Origin: Anthoceros angustus
Taxonomy: Eukaryota; Plantae; Anthocerotophyta
DNA: 64,000 bases
NCBI GenBank assembly: GCA_010909165.1
Contig: MU008215.1
Location: 124,001-188,000, forward strand
Direction: 5' to 3'
Shown: positions 13,101-24,399 of the stretch, one piece after another
Position numbering within the stretch: the first letter of the stretch is position 1
Layout: every line of letters begins with the position of its first letter
Notes under the pieces: model-generated
What the model saw: only the letters and a program-made list of their open reading frames with translations
The model's database searches: none
Told to the model about the DNA's origin: nothing
Made by a program: the position numbers and the translations under genes

Positions 13101-14260
13101 AATGGACGTACCGCATTCTTGCACGGATTCGGAGGAAGAGCGATATGGAACGGCGAAGGATCGAAGACCACGAACATCCGTAATATGTATGTCAGCTTAT
13201 CAAGTGTATATATGGTCTCAAACAAAGCGCAGAGCGCTGGAATGCAAGGTTGGATATCTGTCTGAAAGGCCTTGGTTTTTACCAGAGCCCTGCTGATCCT
13301 TCGATTTATATCTATGATGATGGCACCTCCTATGTTATCCTTGCTGTTTATGTTGACGACGCAATTTTTGCTGCCAATGACACTCATCTGTTAGCAAGAG
13401 TACAAGACATGCTACTGGAATTTGACATGGTGATGTCGGGAATTGAAGTTTTGCCTTGGTATTCAAGTGTTGAGGATACGTGCGGAGGGTATGATAATTA
13501 TTCATCGGTAAGTACATCTCGAGATCCTTCAGCGTTTCAACATGGACAAAGCACATCCCGCCAATACACCGGTGCAAGTGGAGTGAAACTTACCAAGGCG
13601 GACAACTGCTTCTACCTTGATATTGAAGACATGAGGATGTTCCCTATCGGCATGCGATCGGCTTGTTGTTTGTGAGCAAGCTGGACCCGACCAGATGTCA
13701 CATATCTTCTACGACCTCCCGGTTTGGAATGTCTGGCCATCATTGGTTGCAATCAAACGAGTCTTTCGTTATCTGAAGGGAACACATCATTATGGCTTAT
13801 GCTACAAGAGGACGGGAGTAGTACCTACCTTATCAGCTTTCGCTGATGCTGACTGGGCATCGGATGGAGATACACGCAAGAGCTTATCCACATATGTATT
13901 CTTCCTTTCATCTGTAGCTGTCACATGGAGTTGTAAGAAACAGAGCAGCATAGCTCTCTCCAGTACTGAGGCCGAATACAAGTGCCTTACCGATGCTGCG
14001 AAAGAAGCCGAATGGGCACGCTCCTTCTTATCCTCTTCGACCGTGAGCAGTATCACCCACAACAACATCTTGTGACAATCAATCGCCTAGCTCTTGTAGA
14101 CCGCCCTAGGTTTCACGCCGCCAGAATATCGAAATCCAAGATCATTATGTTAGGGATGTCAAGGCTAGGGGATCATACCTTTGTTTACATTCTGGATGAG
14201 AATACGCGATGTCCCTAAATCACTTCCAAAACACAAGCACCTTACACATATGGATGGCTT
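10200..14260 (+). pseudogene. gag-pol: Copia B gag-pol (many frameshifts)
   Basis: MTTPTFTSDIKDKDRFNGTRFDIWSVRMKSTLL (gag, homologous to gag A), WYLDSGA (~11135), QQNGVGERK (~11980), YVDDAIF (~13350), RYLKGT and IALSSTEAEY (RNase H). Confidence 0.9.
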
Positions 14261-15017
14261 GGGCTGATAGATTTCACTAAGTACCTTCCCTGCTTAGCGA
14301 TTAACTTACAAAACGAGAGCGAAAGCGGTCTAGAGCATCACCTCATTTCTACCTACTCTGTGTAGCTCCTAGCTTGGATTCGCCTTAACCCCATGCACAC
14401 ATACACATAAGTATTCGGCAATCTCGGTGGATGAAGCCTCACTTCTAATCAAACCGTGACTTGCATGTCAAATGTCTTACCTTCTGGGAGTCTAACAGCC
14501 TTGCCTCGGGTCCTTCTCTTGATCTTTGCGCTCACCTTTTTCATGTTGTAGCCTCTATCCATGAGCCCGTCCTACCATTTCCTCCACTTACCTTGGTCGG
14601 TCCAGCGCCTTCCCTGTTTCCGTGGCATGCATGAGAGGTGAGCTTGTAACACGGTCCTCTTCACAGCTATCTCCGGTGGGCTCCAGTCCTCACGCCCTTC
14701 TCTCGGCGTTCTCAAGATGCCCACGCATCTGTCTGCGTTGTTGGCCACCATTTCTTTCTCGCAAGAGCATCCCGCTCGATTGCAGTGAGTGAACCGCCCA
14801 CCTCGCACCTTGTCCTCGTGGCCGGTCGAGCTCCTCCGGCTGGAGGTCTCGTGGTTGCGACTCCTAACCATGTTTATCAAGTGAAGCTAAGATGATTGTG
14901 TAGCCGTGACGAGCATCCGGCAAAACGCGGTGACTATCGGTCAGTGAGCCGCTTGAGTGCGTCATCGTTTTAGGGCTAGCGAGTTTTTTACTTTAACCCC
15001 TTGTGGTTAAGTGGGAG

Positions 15018-15184
15018 TGTTGGATATATATAGGGTTAATATGATGACCTAGTTATTTAGGGTTACGAGACTTTATTTTGTATATAATACTTTTGCCCTT
15101 TGTTGAATACACATCGCCTTTGTTTATTGCTCGCTTACCTTTGCATGCTCACTTGCTTAGCTAGATGCAAGAGGTATTTGCACA
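15018..15184 (+). repeat. 3' LTR of Copia B
   Basis: Preceded by a PPT and followed by TSD AAACT. Confidence 0.95.
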
Positions 15185-16215
15185 AAACTCCTAAAGTGCA
15201 TATATGGTTTAAAACAAAGCGAGAGAGTGTGGTATATCACCATGCATCTGTATCTACTCAGCATCGATTTTGTTCTAAACACAGCTGATACCAATGTTTA
15301 TAAGCTTTCCCAAGGATCCTCTATAGTGCTTTTGGCCCTGTACGTGGACGATGTTATCCTTGCCACAAAGCGATCACAGCCATCGTAGTCAAGCAAAACT
15401 TAACAACAAGTTAGAGCACTTGAAGATGTTGGCGAACTAAAGTTTTGCTTAGGCATCTGACTCTTCTGGTGAGGATCTGAGCCTTATGTTCATACACGGT
15501 ACAAGTATGTAGCGAGATGTAAGAAGTTCAATCTCGATCCGCATGGCGACCACTCCATATGCAATTAGCTAACACGCTCACAGTGCCCACAGACATCAGA
15601 TGAGATCAAAGACATGGAAGACGTACCTTACAGGCACGCAGTTGGCAGCCTACTCTTTGTTGCCAATTGGACCGACCAGCGTATGGTCACGATGCGGTTC
15701 CAGTTTCTTGAGAATCACAGGAGGCCTTGGCGGGCGGTAAAGAATCTTCCGCTACCTCAAGGGCACACATAATATGGTCTCATGTACCGGCAATGGTGCA
15801 TCAACTTACTACTGTCCACGGTTCTGAGGCCGGCTATACCTCGGACTCGACTCAAGTGACTTGTCTACCTCTTGATTTTTCTCCTTGCGCTTCAAGCTAG
15901 CATCCATTTGGAGTAGTAAAAAATCGGCCTTCTATAGCTCTAAGCTCCTTGGTGATACAAGTCTATAATGAGGCGAGAGAAAGGTGGGGCGTAGCTTGGC
16001 TTCCTTGGCGATCTTGGCGAGGCCACCGACCTACTTTAATCCTCTGCGTGTAACATGCCGGCGCTCGAGTTGGTAATGAAAGCCTACCTACCTTTCGGGC
16101 AACCAAACACATCGAGATACAACATCACTATGTCAGTGATGTTGTTGCTCGTGGTGTTATCAAGGTGGACTATATATATATTATGACAATACACCGACAT
16201 CTTAACTAAAGGCTG
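15185..16215 (+). pseudogene. pol: Copia A RT part 2 + RNase H (resumes after B)
   Basis: KLLKCIYGLKQ at 15185, YVDDVIL (~15345), YRHAVGSLL (~15630), KHIEIQHHYV (~16105), DILTK (~16195). Confidence 0.85.
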
Positions 16216-16592
16216 CCCAAGCACAAACACTATGTTCATATGCAAGGGTTAGGTATCTGATCTCTCTGCCCCATTTCGATCGGTGAGGACACTTATCGTT
16301 TTGGAGAGTGGGGGTGGGACTTGGTCGTTTGTTTTGGTTGATGCTCCCTACATCCAACCAAATAGTCGCTAACTCGCCGCACAAGAAGGCAGTGACCAGG
16401 GATTAAACATTTCGAGTGCAGGACGGGTCACAGAGTGGATGAAGCTTTCGCGACAAACCTAATCATTCTGCTGGTGACTACCTTTCCTACTTGGGTGTCT
16501 TCAACTGATACATCAGCCGAGAAGTCTCCCGAAGGCTCATGATCAGCTCACTTCCCTCAGTCCGGGATCGACGCCGCGTCTGGTCCTGAGTC

Positions 16593-19500
16593 ACCTACTA
16601 GAAATGGGCACCCTATGTTACACTTATGTTAAGCGAGATTTGGACCCTGGATGTAACACTCATGTTGCAATTTTGGGGTCATGTAACACTTTTGGGCCCC
16701 TTGTTACACTTTGGCTTGGAAACCATACCACGGGCATTGTTGCAATCATGTTGCAATGGTGTTGCAATTATGTTAAGATGAAGTGAGAGGTGGTTTTGCC
16801 TCTCTCAAAATTGCAACATGATTGCAACATCTAAAGTGTTACAAGAGAGGTCTTGTAACACTTTTGGAGGCTTGGTACCGAACCTCCTCCCCATCCACCA
16901 TTGCCTTTTACTTTTGCCCTTTGAAATACCACGTTTTACTTGGTAGTTACCACCGATACGCCCTTCAATACGACCATATACAAATACCGTATCAATACAT
17001 CCTTGTACTATACGCATGTAGTCTACTATGATAAATGTAATGTATTATTCTAAGTGCTATACGGTGTATTCAATTTCATATAAAATAAGTTTGTATATTA
17101 CGACATATACGTACATCGTCCTGCATATATTCATGGTACGATACTTTGTATTTACTATAATGTAAATAGCGGCCCTTTATACCCCTACTTTATAGCATGC
17201 GGCTTGCGGTTTGTCCTTCCCACGTCAACAATAGCCATCGGCTTCGCCATGGCGCCCAAGAAGATATTGTCCCCACCTATCACCTTATTGTGACGCATCA
17301 CTGTGAGGTTATGCCCTACAAGATTGTCTTTGTCGGAGGAGATTTGGTATCTGGCTTATGCTTTTCTCGCCTCCATGTAAGGCACTTCCTACTCCATCGT
17401 ATGCACCTAGGAAACTTCCGCCTCCCCGCTCGATTCGCAATTTTCTTCTTCCCTCCCACTTGCTTTTGGCGAGGCAAGCTTTGCCACTTCCTCCGCTTCC
17501 TCCCCGCCTGGCACACATTGCACATACAAACCAGCATGGCCGTCATGAGTTATCCAGCGTTAATGGGTTTCCCAAGTCGTCCATTTGCCTTACCTTCCCT
17601 CCCCCTCCTCTTTTCTTACGCCCTTCTTGCTGGACATTTTCCTCTTCCGTCCTCCTTCTTCCGGTCAGCCCGTGCCCTGTCACTTGCCCACGCCTCCTCT
17701 ACTCCTCCTCCGTTTTCCTCTTTCGGCCTCCACCCTTTATCACGTGGCGTTGCCTCAACTGGGCTCCACTATGTGTCCATGCTCTCGTGATCCAAGGTAT
17801 GTGTCTGGCACAAATTAGGCACATCGTCCTCTTCACTGCCTCCTCTGCGGCCATGTTCTCTGCAGCCCCCCACGCCCCGCCCCCGGCCTCCATCTCGGCA
17901 TTGGCCTTTTGCCGATATCAATCGCACCGCATGTTGCCCTCTTAGTCCTCCTTCATTCTCTCTCCCCTCGACATCGCCTCATGTTCACGCGCCTTTTGCC
18001 CCCGCCCACCACCATGGCTGCTGGGTGATCCACTCTGCCCTCCGCCACCGCTCCTCCTAGTCCCCCGCGATTTTTGGCTGTCCATAGTGCACACAAGTGT
18101 GTTTCTTCGTGACGGTTGCCCCCCCTCCGTGCTCCACCACCCGACTCCCGCCCACACACCTTGTTCCCCGCCCATCCGTCTCCATCTCGATCCCAACGGC
18201 CTCCACCCTCCCCATACATGGTCACACCGGCGGTCTCGGGCACCCTCCACCTCTTTTCCATTATTTGCTTGCTGCCCACGACCACCTCGTTGCCTGCCTC
18301 CATTGACCCCAATCCTGTGCATGCCTTCCACCAACCCTAGGCAATCGTGGTGTCGCGGGCACCACAATATCGCCCACATCCACTGCTTCCTCCGCCGCCT
18401 CCCTCCGCATGCTTCCTCAAGACCGCCTCGCTCCACTTCCCGCTCCTTGTTCATCGCACCTTTCCCCATTCAAAGTCCTGTCCTCGCCCCTCGGCCTCCT
18501 TCCTCCCAAGCCCCTTCCGCCATGCATTCCTTGATAGCCTCTCGTCGTCCATGTCACCACCTCGTGCACCATCGTTGCCTCCCACCCCTTCCTTCCGCCG
18601 TCTCGAAAGGCCACCATATCGGATCCATCTTCAATTCAATGTCGTTAAGCAAAATGGTCATTTCCTTGTTCTCCTTGCAATAGCTGAACCTCTAGGATCT
18701 TTTCATACACTCCCTATCTTACTCAAGGAACTCGCATAACCCCACTATCGCCTTTCACGATTTCCACCCTTTCCCTTCTAGCAATCGCCACCGCCTCCCC
18801 TCGAAGGTTGCCTCCCTTGTCTCCAAGCTTGAGCCGCCGATGCGTGCACATGTGTTACCGTTTGTCCACCATGCCCACTCATCCGCCCGCAAACTTGAAC
18901 GTGCACACTTTGCCGTCACTTGCTTAACGCGAGTCTGCGAAAACCCACCTCATCCAATGAAATAGCTCTTCATCTATTTCCTTCACTTCTGCACGCTGCT
19001 CCAACTCCGCATCCGGTGGGAGGTTCCACGTCTCAAAGTCGTCAAAATCAAGTTGGGCTCTCACCATGTTGCCCTCGCCTTACCTCGGCCGACTGCCTCG
19101 ACGAGGAGGCCGCTTCTTCACATCGCCGATCGAATGGAGACCGCCATTGCGGTGGATGAGCGAGATAGCCCGAGGCCATTTGGCCCCTCATCCTCCCCAC
19201 CCGGATACGGTGCGTCAGCGGCGCCCGTCCTATGGTGTTCGCGCGCGCCGTGCGTGACTCCCTAGCAAGCTTCACCTCGCCATACTCCCCATCCTGCGAA
19301 CCGGTTGTCCACCACCTTCGTGCCATGTCAAGGCAATGGCTTCCTCTCGTGAAAGGTGCCAGCCATGAGTCCCAGCCGAATTCAAGGCTGCTATTTTGAA
19401 AAAGCTTTGTTTGCAAAGGCCCGGTGGTTGTCATTTACTCCTCTTGGCGGACGGTGTGCACATGCTACTTGCCCATAATCAACAATTTTCGACCACAACC

Positions 19501-22500
19501 TTGAGACTTGGGAGCAAGTTTCATGTCCCATTGGTTATGTCGTTACTCATGATGTATTATATTGCCCACATGGCGCACCGCCTCAATGCGCACGCATTTA
19601 CCATTAATCATCGCCTTCCATGACCAAAGATTGCCTTGTGCATCCGGAGGGAGGAGACAATAGACTATAGCACCGTGCAAACCAATCACCATACATGATT
19701 TATTCCACTTTCAGACGCTGCGTGACTCAAGTGACGTAAAGGTGACTTGTCAGTCAACGGTATGGACGGGCACCAAACCATACCCATCCATTCCGCCATG
19801 AGCAAGACAGTCATCGAGTTTTATTGCGTGATGATGGGAAGTACAAGTAGTGATCAAGGATGAAGGACTTTCCCATCCCAATGTTTAATTTGGTAAGCAT
19901 ATGTCCCCACATTGTGAGGTATAAACCGCCCCTCACACGACGACCGGCCATGCCCGAGACGGCAAGAGCCAAGGGGCGATGGCCCTCCATACCAGTCCTT
20001 GATGGCCGACGAGGGAGAGCAACCTCCCATCCATCATCCTCGATGGCCATCGTCATTGATGTGGAATTGCCTTGTCCTTAATGGCCATCGTCGGTTTCCA
20101 CCACTGCAACAATAATGTGCACACACTTACGCAATGATCCACAAAAGACAGTCGTGCGAAGGCGGCGGTTTTGACTTATCGGATTCCACAAACACTTTAG
20201 CTGCAGGCATGGACTTGTAGGTAGGCGAATAGGGCCAAAAAGTGTTCACATCCGCCTCACAACAACCCCCAGCCATACCGTGTGTGGTCACGAACACCAT
20301 GCCCGCACCATGTGGAAGGAACCACCTCGCCACCGAACGGCAAGTCCCCACGAGGATAGCCACGAGATGCCGCTCCACGCCAAGGGGGTGACACCGCCTC
20401 CAACCTTTGCAAAGGATCCTTGATGGCCATCAACGATTTCTAGTTGTGCACAAGATGGAGACATGAACACACGCCTCGTGGTGCGAACTACCACTCCACG
20501 CCCATTTAGGTTTCCGACGGAAGCTAGCTCCGCATACGTCAACATGTCCGTCATACATGGCATAAGGTAGCAGGAGAGCGCCGCATGTTTCCGAAGAGCT
20601 CTCACCGGCGAGGATGACCAAGAGAAAGGTAGTAGCGTGAAGCGAGGGCAAGGTGGTGACATTTAAAGCGGACCACCACCTTCCCCAGCCCTGTGCCACA
20701 TCGGGTTGCGGATGAGAGGATCTTGAATTTCAACTTCCTTACATGTGACAAACCAAACATGGCGCTTTGATGGTCGCCACGACCATGACGGTTGCTGGTA
20801 AATGCAATGAGTTGGCGCCGCATAAAGGAGCGAATGCAAGTTTGTTTTCATGTCTCCTAAGGGCTGGAAATCACGGGCTGACGCCATAGTGACGCGAGCC
20901 GACCCCTAGCATGGTGCCGACGTGAATACATTATCGTTACGCCATGTGACGCATGATTGGTGGAGAGCGAATGGGAGTCTCGAGCGATGGACATCATTAT
21001 CTAGGAGAACGGAATTGGCATATATATGGCAAATTCACATACGACGGTCCTTCATTCATGGCATAATGAAAGGGGCATTTAGTTTGCTTGAATGGCTCTC
21101 ACGTGCCACCCACCGTCCTTGCACAATGGTGTAGATGTTGATATAGATTATTAAAAATTGAACAAATCAGTTTCAAACGACCTTGACGTGGCATGTTTTC
21201 TTCCATGCCATGAGTTTTCAATTATTCTAATGGCTTGCACCCACCTTCCTTGGACCATGGTGGAGGGAGAATTTTATTTGAGAGAAAGGAACCATTGTCC
21301 TTGGTTCATGGCGGTTGTAAGATGGCCATGACCTTGTCATGGCATGGCACTTCCTTGGTCATCGGCCACTGAAATCGCATTGCAAACACTTGTCCTTGGG
21401 TCACGAAATGGTCATAAAAAACGGGGACTATATATGGCATGCATGGAGGAATGGCACACGTGGACAAGGAAGGTTTCATGTTTGCACTCTGCACAAACAG
21501 GTAGCGATGGGAAGGTGGCATGGCAAGGCAAGGAGCCACCGATGGCATGCCACGTAGTCCCCTTCTTGGATGGAAGCACGGTGAAGGATGGTCCTAGCGC
21601 AAGTGAGGTGGGCACGCTGGGAGAATGCGGATAATCAAGTGGAGAGGGTGGATGATCATGATGGAGGGGAGCGCGAGAGTGTGGGTGAGGGAGAACTTCC
21701 AACGAAGGAGTCTGTGCCAAAGAGGAGGCGATGGAGAGAAAGCGGAAGGGAGAGATGGTGGGGAACCTAGATGGATGAGAGAATGTGGGAGCGCATGCCG
21801 AATGATGGAAAACAACTGTGGGTGGTGATTTGTGGATGGAGGAATGTATTTGAGCCATTTTCTTGCGACCGGAGTCGCCAAGATGTGGGTGGACCGGTGA
21901 TGGTCAATCGAACAAAGATGGAATTGGTATTCCACCTTTATAGCCTAGCATTTACAGGGTCCTTCCGTGAAAGTGGTGATTGAGGCCACTGGATAGGTCT
22001 AGGAAGTTGTGGAGGAACCCCGAAACAATGGTGTTGGTCAAGAGTCACCAAGTGCCGCAAGACGATATGGCCATATCACTTGGAAGACGCATATGTTTGT
22101 AGATAAAGTTAATTGCATCTGGCAACAAAGCCACGATGCCGAAGGGATAGAGGACGCTTGAACGTCAAAAATTCCAATTAATTTGTCAATAAAATCAAAC
22201 ACTTATATATGCAAGGTATGAGAGTGGCGTGGGTTAGCACATATATATATTACTATATAAACAAGTCTTGATGCCTATATACATATACATATACAAAGAG
22301 GCATATAAGTACACTAATATAATAGAAGTATAACAGATGGATGTGTACATATATACCACACATACTTATGTCTTGAAGCCTACAAACATATATATGTATA
22401 CAGTATATGCAAAGGAGGTAAAATAGGAAGGAAGGACAGAGAGAGGTCATTGTACAAGCATGTTGAAAGAGGAAGAGGGAAGAGTATAAAATGGTTGTGA

Positions 22501-23380
22501 TAGGGAGGTCCTTCTCACGGTCATGAAGGAGGAGGAGAAGTGAAAGAGTATAAAAGGGTGTGATAAGGGGGCAATAATAGAGGGGTGAGGTGAGAGGAGA
22601 GAGACCAAGCATTGTGTTAAGATGGGGTGAGAAGGTGGATAAGAAATTGACACCTTGAACACCAAGCCACCATAAAGTGTTGCAATTTTGAAGTGGTACA
22701 TGAAGTGAGAGACCAAGCATTGTGTTAGGATGGTGGGAGAAGGAAGAGAAAAAATGGACCAACTTAACACCAAGCCATCAAAACATGTTGCAAGTTGGAA
22801 GTGTTACATAAAATTGCAACACGATCAGAATAGTGGAAGAGTATAAAATGTGATAGGGAGGTCCTTCTCACGGTCATGAAGGAGGAGGAGAAGTGAAAGA
22901 GTATAAAAGGGTGTGATAAGGGCAATAAATAGGAGGGTGAGGTGAGAGGAGAGAGACCAAGTATTGTGTTAAGATGGGGTGAGAAGGTGGATAAGAAAGG
23001 ACACCTTGAACACCAAGCCACCATAAAGTGTTGCAATTTTGAAGTGGTACATGAAGTGAGAGACCAAGCATTGTGTTAGGATGGTGGGAGAAGGAAGAAA
23101 AGAATGGACCAACTTAACACCAAGCCATCAAACCATGTTGGAAGTTGGAAGTGGTACATAAAATTGCAACACAGTAACAAGGCGGTGGGAAATTATTAAT
23201 AATGCTTGTGAGAGAGGTACCTAAGGGTGAGGTGGGAAGAGAGAGTGCAGTTCGTTAAGATGGTCGCACCAAACGGGACAACTAACAAACTTAATACCAA
23301 GCCTCCAAAACATGTTGCAATGTGGAAGTGTAACAAAAATTGCAACATCATCGTAATATAGGGTGCCCTTTCTAGTAGGG
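16593..23380. mobile_element. CACTA/EnSpm-like TIR element C (no transposase recognised) in the 3' region of Copia A
   Basis: Inverted termini CCTACTAGAAA(T)GGGCACCCTAT at ~16594-16616 and 23357-23380; dense subterminal TGTTACA/TGTAACA/TGTTGCAA motifs at both ends. No TSD found. Confidence 0.7.
22478..23172. repeat. Two tandem copies of a ~355-bp purine-rich unit near the right end of element C
   Basis: GTATAAAATG at 22484 and 22841; AAATTGCAACAC at 22811 and 23161. Confidence 0.88.
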
Positions 23381-23730
23381 CCGGCGTCGTCCATCTCGCC
23401 ACCATCAAATCGCACCCTCAATCCTAAGCGGTGCAAGATCGGCCGACATTGGTTGAGTCCTAGTGGTTGTTGTCATCTGCGGGTTCAGGTGCCTTGTTGG
23501 CGTTCGCTTAGCGCCAGCGGCCGCCAGCAAAGGCTAAGTGTTCATGATGCCACGCTCCTTCATTGCATTTATGCACTACATATTTCCTGCTGTAAGCAAA
23601 ATGTGAGGAGTATGGCTAGCACCTGGCGGAATGGAGATAGCGTTATTCGCGTGGCGGCTCGTTCTTACGTCTGCTACCTTAGGGTTTGCTGTGTGAATAG
23701 TTCTTTAAGCTCGTCGAGGTTAAGAGGGGG

Positions 23731-23920
23731 TGTGAAGATATATGTTTATATAACCTAACACTCGCTTAAGTATTAATAGCATTTAGGGTTATGAAAGGTC
23801 GTTTAGATGAAATGACACTATGGTCAATTTAAGAAGTAGTTTAGACAAACAGTTTTGTATTGTACATTTTCTGATCTATCTGAGTTTTCAGCTTTCTCGT
23901 CTCCTACTCATTCGTTCACA
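23731..23920 (+). repeat. 3' LTR of Copia A
   Basis: Preceded by PPT AAGAGGGGG (23722-23730) and followed by TSD AGGAC. Confidence 0.97.
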
Positions 23921-24399
23921 AGGACCTGATGCGGTGAAAGGTTTAAGAGCTAGCAACTTATTGTACGTGCTGATGACATGAACAGGAATAATCCTGCACT
24001 TTCTAACTTTCAGCTTCGTGATTACTGAGCCCGATCAAGTTTTATTACCGGTCGGTGAGCATGGAATTTTCGAGAGAGCCACAAACTCACAATAGTCTTC
24101 TCGTTCTTTGTGTCGAGGCTTGAGGAACTTCCACGAGGCACACTACGGTGGGTAGTCGTCATCATATAAAATCCAATTTCGGGACCACTGCAGGGGCAGG
24201 TGAACTCAACTTTTGGCGACGAAGGAAAGGGAGGAGCGCCCATATCCCGGCGAGTCTGAAGCCTTCGACCTTGCGCTTGTTGTGGCGTGACTTTCGTGAT
24301 GCGAGCGCGCACAATCCGTGTCGTTGTAATGTGTCCGCTCCCAAGAGAATGGCTGGCTCCGTTTGCCACGTTTCAATCGTTCCTCACCTTACTTAGTGT

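Larger units (their letters stand above)
7883..15184 (+). mobile_element. Full-length Ty1/Copia element B nested in the RT of A
   Basis: LTRs 7883-8047 and 15018-15184 (TGTTGG...GCACA, identical apart from two short indel patches); TSD AAACT at 7878-7882 and 15185-15189; PBS-like TGGTACCGAGC 8048-8058; PPT AAGTGGGAG 15009-15017. Confidence 0.95.
2029..23920 (+). mobile_element. Full-length Ty1/Copia LTR retrotransposon A (21.9 kb including nested insertions)
   Basis: Two 190-bp TG...CA LTRs (2029-2218, 23731-23920) with 3 substitutions; TSD AGGAC at 2024-2028 and 23921-23925; PBS after the 5' LTR; PPT before the 3' LTR; gag-PR-IN-RT-RH order. Confidence 0.96.

Noticed and set aside
16590-16596. 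3-bp TSD for CACTA-like element C
   Set aside because: The flanks (GTC/A left, CCG right) do not match, so the superfamily call stays tentative.
17197-22000. Many overlapping Pro/Ser/Gly/Arg-rich ORFs in element C (and D, 49500-52400) as host genes
   Set aside because: GC-rich, purine/pyrimidine-skewed sequence yields long spurious ORFs in several frames; no recognisable domain.
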